From contig OZ024746.1 of NCBI GenBank assembly GCA_964016885.1, positions 38,440,001-38,504,000 of the forward strand: DNA of 64,000 nucleotides, written 5' to 3'. A program made the position numbers and the translations under genes. The number at the start of each line of letters is the position of its first letter. Positions within the stretch are counted from its first letter, which is position 1. Below the pieces are notes generated by a model. That model was not told where the DNA came from. It did not search any database and worked only from the letters and a program-made list of their open reading frames with translations. The DNA is from Eledone cirrhosa. Taxonomy: Eukaryota. This document shows positions 49,795 through 64,000 of this stretch, piece by piece.

Positions 49795-49825
49795 CATCTA
49801 TATGTATATATAATAAATATATATC
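49320..49825. repeat. Long degenerate (TA)/(CA) microsatellite (one of many such tracts in the window)
   Basis: Direct reading; comparable tracts at ~53040-53517, 53815-54200 and 59095-59505. Confidence 0.95.
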
Positions 49826-50169
49826 AGCCGTACTAAGAGTGAGAAATGAAATTTCGTTTCATTCTTTTCCATATATATATATATATATATACGCATATGT
49901 GTATATATATGTGTACTGTACGATGCTTTTCCAATAAACAGGTGTGTGTGCAGTCGTGCATGTGGGAGTGTGTCTGTACATATAAGTATGTGTTTAGGTG
50001 ACAGGAGCAGGAAAACGAGTACGCGTACAGTTAATTTGTTTGTTGAATATATATGTGTATGTATATTTAGATGCATGATTATATGTATGCATGTGAGTAT
50101 ATATCCATCCATGTATACGTGTATGTATGCATATATGGGTATATTGATGCATGTATACGTGTATGTATT

Positions 50170-50241
<72 letters not shown>

Positions 50242-50763
50242 TGTGTGTATGTATGTATATGTGCATACAGATAGATGATAAGATGATTGGGTGGAGAAAT
50301 CAGTCGAAATAGGAATGGAGCGAGAATGAGAAATATATAAGCAAGAAATATATAGTAGAAGGAGAAAGAATTTTCCAAAGCTAACCAAATAAATAAAGTG
50401 AAATACAATAACGAAATGCCAAATCTAAACAAACAAGCAGAACCATAAAACTATATACAAACCAATGATCTTCTACAATAGATTCAAGTCGAATTGAAAC
50501 AGTGAAACTTGTTGAAAGAGAAATGTGTAATTAACTTATTCAAATAAAAGACGCTACAACGCATTTAAAATCAGACGAATACAAACATATATGAAAATAC
50601 TAAGAAAACCTATAAAATAAACATATAATGTAAACATAGAGACATAAAACAAACATTGACATGCAAATGAATGCAAATATATTTTATTTTATACACACTC
50701 GTAATAAGCATATGGATATATATATATATACATATATTTATATGAGTATATGTGTCTATATAG

Positions 50764-50880
<117 letters not shown>

Positions 50881-51194
50881 TTATATATATATATATATGT
50901 GTGTGTGTATATATATATATGTGTATGTGTGTATGTATGCCTATGTGTGAGTAAAGAATAATTGGATTTTCCATCCTTGATTCGAACTTGTGATCATGTA
51001 TGAATGGTTAAAAATAAAATTTAAAAAGTGAATGTCATTCAAGGTAAAATCTTCCACGTTCTATTTATAGAAAATGAATTGTAATTACAAAAATGATATA
51101 TATATATATGTGTGTGTGTGTGCGTGTGTGTGTGGGTGTGTGTGTGTGTGTGTGTGTGTGTTTGAGTGTGCATGTGTTTGTGTTTGTGTGTGTT

Positions 51195-51229
<35 letters not shown>

Positions 51230-51679
51230 GGAAGAGAAAACTAGAAGTAATGAATGAGCAGGTACCAATATTGAACTGCCAATGGCAAATTCTTCATGCA
51301 TGATGCTCACACTAGTGGGGAAAGAACCTTAAATTAATTAGAGTAACCCGAACCGAATAGTAAGTTTAATTTTATGAATCATATAGAAAACAAATATGTT
51401 TGTATGCAATATCATTGAGTTGTTGGTAATTCGGGGATTTTGTCGTTTTTTATTGCTGTTGATGCTGCTCTCACTAAAATACCGTTATTCTGATGGTGAA
51501 TATTTCAATTCACGTACTCTACGGAACAACCTGTTTGGGAAATCACTTTAAATTGCATGAGCCTTCTATAGATATGTAAGTCCTTAACACAATTCTCAGA
51601 AAAAATTGGCGTGTATAGTGTGACAGAACTGGTCCTTCGAATTATAGATGCAATTAATTTTGACCAACATTAGTGATAC

Positions 51680-51805
51680 TTTATTTGGTCGAGACCATAA
51701 GAATGAACGGCAAATTTGACCTCGGTGGGATTTGAACTCCGAACGTAAAGGACCGTAACTATATAACACAATGCATGTTGTCCGAGGCTTACAAATCCAC
51801 CAGCC
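51680..51805 (-). mobile_element. Old diverged SINE
   Basis: tttgacctcggtgggatttgaactc is the reverse complement of the B box/core. Confidence 0.65.
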
Positions 51806-51873
51806 TTTGACACTTATAATGTAAAAATGAAATAATTTCTTCTGTTTATAAAACTTGGGCATTATTAAATCAA

Positions 51874-52090
51874 GGGAAGTGGATTGGCAGTATCGGTAGA
51901 ACGTCGGACACCCTGTTTCGCGGCATAGAGTTCTAACCTTTACATTCTGAATTCACATCCTGCCGAGGTTAGCTTTGCCTTTCATCCTTACGGGGTCGAT
52001 AAAATAAAGCACCAGTAAGTACTGGGGTCGATTTAATCGACTTTCCTCTCACCCCAAATTGCTGGCCTTGTGCCAAAAGTAGAAACAATT
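51874..52090 (+). mobile_element. Full-length SINE, longer subfamily
   Basis: Has an extra internal segment ggggtcgatttaatcgactttcctctcacccc; imperfect TSD attat(t/c)aaatcaa. Confidence 0.88.
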
Positions 52091-53041
52091 ATCAAATCAA
52101 TTAACGGATCATTTTATTAATACGTTTAAAAGTGTTAAACGTCATTGCTATTTTACTTTTAATAAATTGTATAAGACATTTGTACTGCTTTCTCTGCATT
52201 CATTGATACTCTTGGTGACTTTCTTGACAAGTATTATGTGCTTGTCACACTTCATATGGGTTAATAAAAAAATTGGTTTTCATTATCTTTGAGATTTTCC
52301 AAAATACTGCCTTCTGTGATAGATAGAGAGCTTCAACACACCTGCCCGAGTAATTAGAACATAAGAGCATGAAATAAATATCGCAAAGCATTTTGTTACA
52401 ATGGCTTGTGCGTAGTCAAAAATATCTCATTGTTAAATTAATAATAGAAAACTGTGAGTTGGCTCTAATTGCCTTACCACATGTCAAGAAAATATAATTT
52501 GCTGACTATTTCGTATATTCAAATCCCGTCAAGTTTGGTGGATTGATTAAATGCGTACCAGAATGATAACATGGTGGATTTCAAGCAACTGTGACTCTCC
52601 TGTGTAGAAATTGAACTCGTATACGTTATAGAGAAATCAATACGAGTAGGGGTTTGACAGAATGGCAGAGCATCAACCATAGCTGTTTTAAATTTTGCTT
52701 CTATAGCTTTTTAAGTCCAACCCCATTTTTTCCTTTCGAATCGATAGAATTAATATTAATAATATTCTGAATTCGATGCATTCGACAATATCTAGCCACT
52801 TCAAAAATTATTCCGTACCTGAGTATGAAATCAATATTACATTTATATTGATTTCACATTACTCCATCTTATTGCTTCTATCGATTAAGCAATAATCTAA
52901 TGATTAAGATATGAATTATCAAAGAATACATTTTTGAAATGCATTCTTTTAAGAGGAATCATCAAAGAATACATTAAACAATGAGAAAAAGGACTTCTCT
53001 CTATTTATGGACACAATATCTTAGAGAAAAGAAATGTAATG

Positions 53042-53108
<67 letters not shown>

Positions 53109-53338
53109 TATATATATAATATATATATATATAATATATATATATATAATATATATATATTTAATATATATATATATATTATATATATATATATGTACTA
53201 TATACATATTTATATATATATATTATATGTATATATATATATAATATATATACATATAATATATATAAATTATATATATATATATTTATATATATGTGTG
53301 TGTGTGTATATATATATATATTTATTATATATATATAT

Positions 53339-53369
<31 letters not shown>

Positions 53370-53391
53370 ATATATATATATTTATTATATA

Positions 53392-53423
<32 letters not shown>

Positions 53424-53725
53424 GCTATATATATAATATATATATATAATATATATATAATATATATATAATATATATATAATATATATATATTTAATAT
53501 ATATATATTATATATATACGTTATTCCGGGTTGAATCGGAGGTAACCACAGTAAGTAAGGTACTTAATACATAGCAGAGTATAAAAGTTTTAATATAGAT
53601 GAGATTCTACAGGACTAGAACTGTTTCATTCTTTAGAAAATTAGCTTTTAATGAATTCCCTTTTCTATCAACCAATTACCTACACCCATCCCACTCCCCA
53701 CCCTCTCCTACCACTTGTAGAGACC

Positions 53726-53733
53726 TATAAATA
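53726..53733 (+). promoter_or_regulatory. TATA box candidate (TATAAATA) ~30 nt upstream of the hammerhead
   Basis: Consensus match and spacing only. Confidence 0.45.
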
Positions 53734-53755
53734 CCATTTTTATTGTTTGATACCC

Positions 53756-53806
53756 AGATTCCTGATGATTTCTAAAGAATGAAACAGTTCTAGTCCTGTA
53801 GAATCT
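53756..53806 (+). ncRNA. Canonical type I hammerhead ribozyme
   Basis: AGAUUC-CUGAUGA-U-UUC(UAAA)GAA-U-GAAA-CAG(UUCUAGUC)CUG-UA-GAAUCU. Confidence 0.88.
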
Positions 53807-53902
53807 CATCTATATATTATATATATGTATATACTATATACATATTATATATATATATTATATGTATATATATATATAATATATATACATATAATATATT
53901 TA

Positions 53903-53956
<54 letters not shown>

Positions 53957-53966
53957 TTATTATATA

Positions 53967-54054
<88 letters not shown>

Positions 54055-54086
54055 GTATAAATATATATATATATATATATGTATAA

Positions 54087-54166
<80 letters not shown>

Positions 54167-54202
54167 TTATTATATATATATATATCATATATATATATTA
54201 TA

Positions 54203-54788
54203 CTAACGGTGGTACCCGGCGTTGTACGGGATAAGGTTTTTGGAACGCGGGCCGCCAACAGACCTAATATTGGAAAAACTGCATGCCTGGACAATATGTA
54301 AAGAAAATAAACCGAATGCTCTGATGGCTGGATAATCTTTAAGATTCTCCTCGATGAAGCAGGAAAAATGCAGGATTTCACCTAGATGTGCATAATATGC
54401 CTTGAAATTTCGGGAAAATCGGCTCGACGTAACGCCTCAAAAAAGCCCTAAAAAGCTGCAAAAATGAAGTTTTTCACCTAATGCGGGCCCAAGGCCATAA
54501 AAAAGTTGAATTTTCTTTGCTCACGGTATGAAGAAGAGACTGACTAATACATAGTTACAACTTCAAGAAAATCGGTTAGAGGTTACGCCTCAAAAAACCC
54601 CTAAAAAGCTGAAAAAACGCAGTCTTTCACCTTATTCAGGCCCTAGCGCATCGAAAAGTTGAATTTTTCTAAGTGCCTAACCCTCGCTGAAACATATGTA
54701 ATATACATGTAAAGTTTGAAAAAGATCGGTTGGGTACTTCTCGAGTGTTAGGGATTCAAACTCACACACACACACACACACACACAGA
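54203..54788 (-). mobile_element. Second copy of the non-autonomous Helitron-like element
   Basis: Reverse-complement homology to 15592-16220, including the cccgtacaacgccggg 3' hairpin. Confidence 0.75.
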
Positions 54789-56126
54789 ATATATATATAT
54801 ATATATATAATTATGGAAATGGTCTGCTGTTTTGTTACAAATGTGATATACAAATCAAAATGAAGAATTAGAAATAGAAGCTAGGACTATCCATCATCAG
54901 TGGTCTACCAGCCATCATAGGTATTTCTTCGTATTAATGACCAGATACCTCAGGCTAACGGGAACAATAACTAAAATATGTTATTGGGATAAAAAGAATT
55001 GGGTGGAGAAAGAGAGACAGGTAAACAAACACGAATGGTGAGGCAACATAAAGAGAGGAAAAAATGAGAAAATCAAGTCAATGATTGATTTGAACATAAG
55101 AACTTGCGAATATTGACGAGAAGACGAAAGACTCATCTTAACCATGCGAAAGTAAGCGAGGAAAGAATTTCGCACGGTGTGGGATGATGGAGGAAGTGAG
55201 AGAGAGGGTGAGTAGCAGAGAGTGAGTGAGTGAAAGTGTGAGGAAGAGGCTAGCCGAGAGAGGGTGACTAGCAGAGGGGGTGAATGAAAGTAAGAGGGAG
55301 AAGGAGAGAGAAGGTGAGATAGAAAGAGGATAGCAGTAAGGGAAGTGAAAAAGACAGGTCACGGCGAAGGGGAATGTATATAGGAATGAAAAATGGCGTG
55401 CTGTTGGTGTTGCAAATGTGATATACAAATTAAAATGAAGAATTAGAAATAGAAGCCCGGACTATCCATCATCAGTGGTCTTAAAGCCATCATGGGTATT
55501 TCTTCGCATTAAAGATCAGATCCACCCAATTCTTTTTATCCCAATAACTTGTTTTAGTTATTGTTTGCGCTAGCCTGAGGTATCTGAGAGAAGCGAGGTC
55601 CAAAAATTCACCGATCGTTTTGCTGGAGGATTTGGTTGCGGTGTTTCTCTCACTGTTTCTCTTATTGTTTATGCTGCTGCTGTTCCAGTTGTATATTTGT
55701 TACTTCCACATGTTGTTGTGGTGCTGTTGGTGTTAGTAAGGGAATTTGTGGTTGTGGTTACGGTGTTCTGGTTGGCATTTATCAGAGGCAGTAATGAATT
55801 AACACATTCCACAGTGACTTATAATGATAATAATATTGACCCAATTTGAACTTTCTTACAAAGCCACCACAATTGGTCTGGCCAAATATCTCGAAACCAC
55901 AAATGACTGGACGCTGAAACTCGTTGAAAAGCATCCTTCGCCACGGAGAAAAGCACTATCTCAGTGAGAATAATAATCCTCCATGTAATATTTTCTCATA
56001 CCTTTCTCCATGATTATATAAGTTGTAAATAATTGAGCATTCTTATATGATTGATTATCATTCTGTTGTAAATATGATTATAAATAGATAATGTGCACAC
56101 ATAGAAAGTAAATGATATACTTGTAC

Positions 56127-56201
56127 CTGTGTAAATTGCGGGAAATGAACAATCTGTTTTTGTGGATTATTAATTGTTCTGCCCTAGGTGTCGCGTGGAC
56201 A
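56127..56201 (-). CDS. Candidate 75-nt internal exon of an unidentified host gene
   Basis: T-rich tract + CAG acceptor, CAG|GTACAA donor, open frame VHATPRAEQLIIHKNRLFISRNLH, symmetric phase. Confidence 0.3.
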
Positions 56202-56277
56202 CTGTGTAAAAAATGAAAACAAAACCGAAGGAAAGAGACGAAACACAAATGATTATAATAACAACAACAACAACGAC

Positions 56278-56308
<31 letters not shown>

Positions 56309-56423
56309 TTAATTGTAACTGTGTTGATAAGCTGACTTAAACATTAATTTATAGACACTGACAAAGCTGCTCTAGCCCTCTTAATATCGATTTTACATCC
56401 ACTTCACACCAAACAAACCTAAC

Positions 56424-56503
<80 letters not shown>

Positions 56504-57173
56504 TTCTCTCTCTCTATTTATTTCTCTCTCTCTCAATCACTCTCTCAATCTCTCTCTATTTCTTTCTCTCTTTCCCTCTTTCCCTCTCCAATATATATAT
56601 ATATCTTCCACTCTATCCATGTTTATCTCCTTCTCTCTGTATTTCCTTATATATTATAGCATTCCTGACTAGTTAAAATTCTTAATACTGCGAGAAATGA
56701 TATTAGATTATATAGATCACTTACAATCCCCACAACCACCACAATATTCTACTATGTCCTTATATAAGAAACAAGTTTGAAATCATAAAACCATACAAGA
56801 CCATAGAATACAATGGTATATAAAATAACACGATATAATAAAATACAATAGAATACACTACAATAAAATACAATATAATGCAATCCATTGCAATACAATG
56901 CAACAGAACACAACACAATACAATGTAACACAATGCGATATAAGATTTATTCTCTGAAATTCAAGACACACCAATATGAATACAAGATACTAAAAGTAAA
57001 TAGTTCGAAAGATTCTATATTATTATCAAATGGAAAGCATTCTCAACAGTTGAGAATTAATTAATGACGAATAGCAGCCATTTCTACACAATTACGAGTG
57101 AGAAACGAGAGTCGTAAACGTATATTAACGAACAAAAGTAAAAAAAAATTTTGGAATAATAATTATTGTTATT

Positions 57174-57800
57174 ATTTCTTTATTTGCCACAAGTGCCTAA
57201 ACATTTAATACAAAACGTATCATACAAAAAGTGTTAGAAAAGGCATGCTTATAATAAACGTTGATTTATGGCAAACATGTATTACAATATATTAGACCAG
57301 GTATAAAATTTACCCTTAAAACAAACTGATAACCAGCCACCAACGATGAGAAGCTACTACCAAGGAAGTGTTCGAGATCTCTATAACTCTCAGCAACACT
57401 CATCCACTTCGAGTCTGACGTTTTTCTGCTCCCGTACAATTGTATAAAACCGGTAACAGCCTTTTTCGTTTGGCGGATCATCAGCTCTATACAGACCTAA
57501 ATAACTGCATGCTAACTTGACAACCAGCACCTGTCACTGTTAATAATATTCCTTTTTCCACATGCATTGCGACACAAGATGTTAGACATTAGGCTTGCCG
57601 GGATTATTGCCTTATCTAATACTTATCTGCTCCTGGCTGAACAGTACAAATCCTGACACACGTCGACCGAGGTTCCTTCTAGCTCTTTTATTGACATATG
57701 TAAATTCTTCATGCCATTTGTATTACAGGATTATGTTAATTTACTTCCCACTCTTTCTTGATTAAATTCTTCAGGTAATGATTTACCGTATTTCTCGACA
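57174..57800 (-). mobile_element. Old Tx1-like 3' remnant
   Basis: 3' end GTGGCAAATAAAGAAAT + (AAT)-like tail matches the other Tx1 termini; upstream sequence is decayed, so the boundary is approximate. Confidence 0.45.
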
Positions 57801-59378
57801 TGGCTCATCTATATTTCCTCTTTTCCTGAAGTTTAGAGGAAACCTATGTTACACACGCAATATTAAAAAAAGGATCTGATTCATGTGTTTACTATTTTAC
57901 TACTTTACGCTAGTGTTTTCAAAGTCATAAATGCAATATTATTTCAAGGAATATAAAATATCTGGAGATCAACCCATTTCCAGAAGAGTTTCACAGACTC
58001 ATAACGTAGTAAAGATCATTTACTATTCACCATAACTGAAAACTGTTGATCCTGATATGAATTGATTACCAGAAGGCCTACGAATTATTTCTAGGACTGA
58101 AATCTCTGAAATCGAAAAATGAGGAATACTTATGAAAGAAGGCAAATGATAATAGCCTTTCCAGCAGAGATTGCAAAAAATATTGTAATGGTTCTATAAT
58201 TAACTGAAGAGTAACTGAACAGTAAGCAATTACTTAATGGGGATAACATTATCCCTGGTTGCTCTATCATAGTTGGGATGTAGTACATTTATGAGATTGT
58301 GCTTTTCATACATCATAAAGGTTTTCAGAGACTGACATACTCTGGTACACAACAATCCAAGATCACATATGAAGATTAAGATTAATAGGCCAGAAATTGT
58401 TGTCAATAATAGGGGTTTCTAATTTAAGCACATAGTTAAGCATTTGAAGAGAGAGTTACGTCTATTATTTCAACTCACATCGTAAAGAGACGGAACAAAT
58501 ACGGCAGGATTTTTTCCAATTCTCTAAAGAATATGCTATAGACCAATAGAGTTGAAATCAATCCCATTTGCAGTCTAACGGTCATGCTACCCTGCCGTCT
58601 AAGTAAGATATCATATCTAAATTTCTCACAATGGCTCCCAATTTGAAGAGAAAAGGATCGTCTATTAATGTGAAAGGGAAAAGGTACTTGATTTATGAAC
58701 AAAACATGATGGAATGCAAATTCGACAGCGATAGAAACTGAACACAAAATCTCAGGGTATTTTTTTGATGATCTAAGGTGTCTAAGATTCCCCCGCCGGG
58801 TGAGGTACTAAATATAGTAAATTTACATTTATGGTTTCCATGGGAAACCTATATATTGATTTAAAGACTAAAAAGCTAGAAAAAATATGTATTTACTTAA
58901 AATAGCACATATACATTTAACAAATATAGGAAACAAAGAGAACTATAAATAGAAAATGAAGTGATTCAACCCATTTTCCAAATAAATGAAGCCTGATGGA
59001 ACACAAACACACGCACACACTCATTAATATACATACATACATAGAAGCGTGCATACATACATATACATTTGCATAACTATTTAGATTTGTTTCATAATAT
59101 ATATGTGTGTGTATATATATATATATATATGTGTGTGTATATATATATAAAATATATATATATACATATATATATATACACACACACATATATATATATA
59201 TATGTGTGTGTATGTGTGTATATATATATATATATATATGTGTGTATATATATATATGTGTGTATATATAAATATATTTTATATATATATACACATATAT
59301 ATATTACATATATATATGGGTGTGTATATATATATGTATGTATATATATATATATATATTTTATATATATATACACAC

Positions 59379-59410
<32 letters not shown>

Positions 59411-59862
59411 ATATATATATGTGTGTGTATATATATATATATAAAATATATATATATATACATACATACATATATATATACACACACATATATATATATA
59501 TATAAAGAGAGAGTGAGAGAGAGAGAGGGGGGAGAAAGGCTTATAAACAGGAAGGGAAAAAATAAGTACATTTATACATACTTACAGAAATTCCATGACC
59601 TACATCTATTTTAATGAGACGCTGGCGACTTTAACAGCCTGACCTCTGAAGCTTAGTTTGCAAAGTTAATATATAATTACATAGCAACCTGAAATTTTCT
59701 TCCGATTAAATGTGTGGTAGATATATATTTGGTAAATGTGCATGTGCACGTAAAAATGGTAAAACTACCATCATAGCAGTAATAAAAATGATATATATAC
59801 TCACACTCAGACACACAGATACACAATCTCATATATATATGTGTATATATGTATATATATAT

Positions 59863-60355
<493 letters not shown>

Positions 60356-60576
60356 AGTGTCTGTATGTATGTATATATACTGGTTAGATTATGATAAGAG
60401 AATAAAGAAACTTAATAATCCCTCCATTAAATTGTGTCCGCTGGCTGCATTTTGTATATGAGCTCATTTACAACACAATTTTTAAAATGCTACCATCTTA
60501 CATAGTAAAAATAAATTACATATCATATATATATGAGAGTTTTGAGTGACCATGCACCAGTTTTTATATATATATA

Positions 60577-60628
<52 letters not shown>

Positions 60629-60744
60629 TATGACTCCAGTTCCCCAGTGAATTAACAACCCAACAAGGAACTGGGCATATCAGAGTATTGACAATATCAT
60701 ACACCTAAACAACATATGTACTTGTCTATACCATACTAATTCAA

Positions 60745-60799
60745 ACTGCCTGAAGAGGTCACAGCCAAAGATGGCTGTCACTGAAATATATATAGCAGT
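60745..60799 (+). ncRNA. Minimal type I hammerhead with palindromic stem III
   Basis: ACUGC-CUGAAGA-GGUC-ACAGCCA(AAGA)UGGCUGU-CACU-GAAA-UAUAUA-UA-GCAGU, then AATAAA; island 60627-60850 between (TA)n tracts. Confidence 0.85.
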
Positions 60800-60843
60800 A
60801 ATAAACGAAGCTAAATTTTAATCATTTGACTTTTATTTAACTT

Positions 60844-60897
<54 letters not shown>

Positions 60898-60899
<2 letters not shown>

Positions 60900-61096
60900 C
60901 GGAGGAAATGTGGTAAGGAACCAGGTGGACCATAACACACCAAAGTACTCAATACTTAGGGTAGTAGAGTGGGTAATAGGAACAAGTAGGACCCCGACGG
61001 CTGAGCTCAAGCCGTTTCGATGGTTAATTCTGGACTAAATTTAGTCCAGAATTAGCCGTCGAAACAACTTGAGCTCAGCCATGTGTCCTACTCGTT

Positions 61097-61100
<4 letters not shown>
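60898..61100. mobile_element. Fold-back PLE-like insertion, inverted copy of the 42910-43140 family
   Basis: Palindrome centred on ttctggactaaatttagtccagaa; minus strand GAAA-CGGCU(UGAGCUC)AGCCG-UC. Confidence 0.68.
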
Positions 61101-61192
<92 letters not shown>

Positions 61193-61210
61193 GTTTGAGT
61201 GAGCATGCAC

Positions 61211-61252
<42 letters not shown>

Positions 61253-62184
61253 CAGTTTTGAGTGAGCATGCACCAGTTTATATATATATATATATATATC
61301 ATGCACACACAGACACACGCGCATTAGAGGTAGTTTATTATAGTAGCAGACAAAATGAGAAACATTGTGGTTTCGACTGTATATTTTTTGTAATCTAATC
61401 ACGAATTCTAAATATTAAAATATAAAAATAGAAATAAAATTCTTTATAATTTGGAATGACTTCCTGGAGGCTGCCAATTTTTTCATACTGGATTTTTTAA
61501 ATATTTTTCAATATTTTAACTAATATATCTCTTTGGCAAGATATTAATGTAGATATTATTAGTATTTTTGTTATGAATACTAATGCCAATGCTATTTTTC
61601 TTATTATTTTTATTATACTTTTTTTCATTCTGTCCTCACAATTCCCGTTTCATATTGCTTCATGACTTTCAAAAAATTGTTTAATATTTACCCGTTTATG
61701 GGCTTGTTATTGAGTTGTTGTTGTGTTTTAATATGACACCCTGGAGAGGGAGAATTTGGCATTCCATTCCCTTTTCATTTAAAGAGTGAAGTCATTATAA
61801 AAATGTTTATAAATTATATTTAAAAATATCAAAATTACAAACGCGTTTATATGCCAAAAATAGAATGATGGAAGGATAAACGGAGAAGGTCAGGTTGAGT
61901 AGGGAGAATAGAATAGATGAGAAACCTTCCTTCAGGCTCACAGATCATAGTTTCCGCTTCTGCTTCAAACTTAAAAAATAAACAAGTAAACATTAAAAGG
62001 GAAGCTTACACACCAACCAGGATTGCTGCCTATGATCATGGAAGGAACAACAGTATCAACAACAATATATACAGGTTATTTCGGGGAGGGAGGATAACTT
62101 CAAAATCAGGAGGTTCATAATCACAACCAGTGTTGATATGGCTCTTAGGATAGGATAGCTGGAAGTCCGTGCTATTAGAATAAT

Positions 62185-62371
62185 TGTTTCTACTTTTGGC
62201 ACAAGGCCAGCAATTATTCCAGTGCATTACTGGTGCTTTATTTTATCGACCTAGTAAGGATGAAAGGCAAAGTTAACCTCGGCGGGATTTGAACTCAGAT
62301 CGTAAAGGGGCGTAACTCTGTGCTTCAAAGAATGGCGTCCGACCCTCTTCTGATACTGCCAATCAACTGCC
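62185..62371 (-). mobile_element. Full-length SINE
   Basis: TSD ctattagaataat at 62172-62184 and 62372-62384. Confidence 0.92.
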
Positions 62372-63728
62372 CTATTAGAATAATGGCAGTTGCATCTAAT
62401 GCAATTAAACCATGGCTTTCACATCCATCATGAACACCGGTACTATCAGCAGCAACAATATGATGATATTTGATGGCGTAGCATTCGTCACTCATATCAA
62501 GAACGATGATAAGTCATATGTCGTCTCAGAAGCATAAGCTCTGAAGCATTCTACTGTCCCGCGCAGGGTGACAAATTCACCCTTATTCCGTCATACATAA
62601 ACTGGCGAGTTACAATGGATGACTGTCAGATTTGAACACCCAGTGATGGGCTGTAAACGGGTGGATACGATATGGAATTCGAATAGATACCTTCAGCATG
62701 ATTGGTCTTCAATTGGTATGGAAGTACGAATGCAGGTAAAACTTTAAAACCGAACGAGATTCCTTACCAGATCTTGCACTCAAAGGTCATTCTATTTCAT
62801 GTTCATTTACGTCCCCAGTTCAAATTCTGCCGGAGGTACAGATTAAATATTGAGCTTAATTTAAACAATTCTATTTTCACACAACCTTTGCGTGTGTGGT
62901 AGATTGGTATACCCACAAATGTGTTGCTTTTCAAGTCACTTCAAATGCATATAGACTGGACTTTACCTTTCTTTTTTCTATTGATCAATAAAATAAACAC
63001 CACTAGTTAAGTATTAATATTGATTACGTCGATGACAACCTGTTCCTCATTTTCACAATGTCAATGTTTATGAAATGAATAGTATTTAAGTATTAATGGG
63101 TAGTAGTAACCAACTCAACCTTCTACCACATACAATTTATATATCATTGGAACTTATATTTAGTATAGGCGAAAGCGATGGATTGGAAACATTGGGTGTG
63201 CGTCAGTCACATTACCTTAAATTATTTAGTCATGTCATTTTAGTTTCTTGATGGAAGTCACGCCAGACTTGACATTGTCTTTCATAATTCCTGAATCTAT
63301 AAAGTAGGTATTTTATCAATCCCATCATGTAAATACTAAATGAAACTGTAGACAAAGCTTGTTTTTCAATTAATTTAAAGTTTGTCATTACATAATTAAC
63401 CTACAGAGGTCATTTGCAATCAAGTATAGATTGATATTACGTACTATGCTTTCGCTGTGGGATTTAGGTACTCACTCGAACCTCTCTACATTAATCCAGT
63501 GGAATAACCAGGATATGACAGTTGGAAGAAACGGGTTGCGCAAAGACTGGGCTGGAACTATTTTTATTGACCCATGAATGGATGAAAGGCAAATGGACCT
63601 GGATGGGACTTAGACTCAGAATACATAGACCCAGAACAAATATCCAACGTTCCAATGACTGTACCAAATCGCCTACAATTATAGAACAATATTCCTACAT
63701 TAACATGTCATAGCAAGGAATAACAAGC

Positions 63729-63830
63729 TGCCGAGGTTAATTTTGCCTTTCATCCTTATGAGGTCGATAAAATAAAGCACCAGTAATGCACTGAGGTAAT
63801 TGCTGGCCTTGAGCCAAAAGTAGAAACAAA
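63729..63830 (+). mobile_element. 5'-truncated SINE (an older antisense SINE remnant lies at ~63560-63680)
   Basis: SINE core and 3' end. Confidence 0.85.
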
Positions 63831-64000
63831 TATAAGAAACCTGTGTGGGGCAGGTGGAGTTAAATTATTGTTAAATTGTAGCTCAAATTTTGTATATCTG
63901 CAATCAAAATCAAAACAAACTGCGACTAGTGATCAGTTACCACTGACCAATAACCCAATTTAGTATAGTTCAACTTTGAAAATGTTTATTCAGCATAAAC

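Larger units (their letters stand above)
53518..53815. mobile_element. Fold-back PLE pseudo-LTR-like insertion in (TA)n
   Basis: 53593-53639 is the reverse complement of 53769-53815; TATA box and hammerhead on the + arm. Confidence 0.8.

Noticed and set aside
54880-54905. CUGAUGA on the minus strand (also near 55468, 57478 and 19192)
   Set aside because: No convincing stem II-GAAA-NUH-stem I arrangement follows.
58180-58420. Possible very old R4-like RLE remnant (LWYT..NRPEIVV)
   Set aside because: The match is short and broken, and boundaries cannot be supported.

Overview
AT-rich eukaryotic (animal) DNA crowded with microsatellites and mobile elements. The SINE family and (TA)n/(CA)n load resemble an octopod cephalopod genome; this is an inference. 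No intact host gene is visible, only one candidate 75-nt exon. The window holds an R4/Dong-like RLE retrotransposon in (TAA)n, two Tx1-clade LINE families (one flanked by (TTA)n, one by (GATA)n), a decayed Penelope-like element (PLE; RT + GIY-YIG), RTE remnants, two non-autonomous Helitron-like copies and more than 10 tRNA-derived SINEs. The main signal, which the ORF track misses, is an RNA-level system of type I hammerhead ribozymes (HHRs). A young array of 467-bp non-coding, hairpin-rich units (31259-34072) carries one minimal HHR per unit, six in total, arranged as two divergent arms inside a (TA)n tract; it looks like a retrozyme/circRNA-type element. About ten other short elements in or next to (TA)n also carry canonical or variant HHRs, and many are fold-back insertions with two outward-facing 3' ends. 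All ribozyme folds were read by eye and were not computed.
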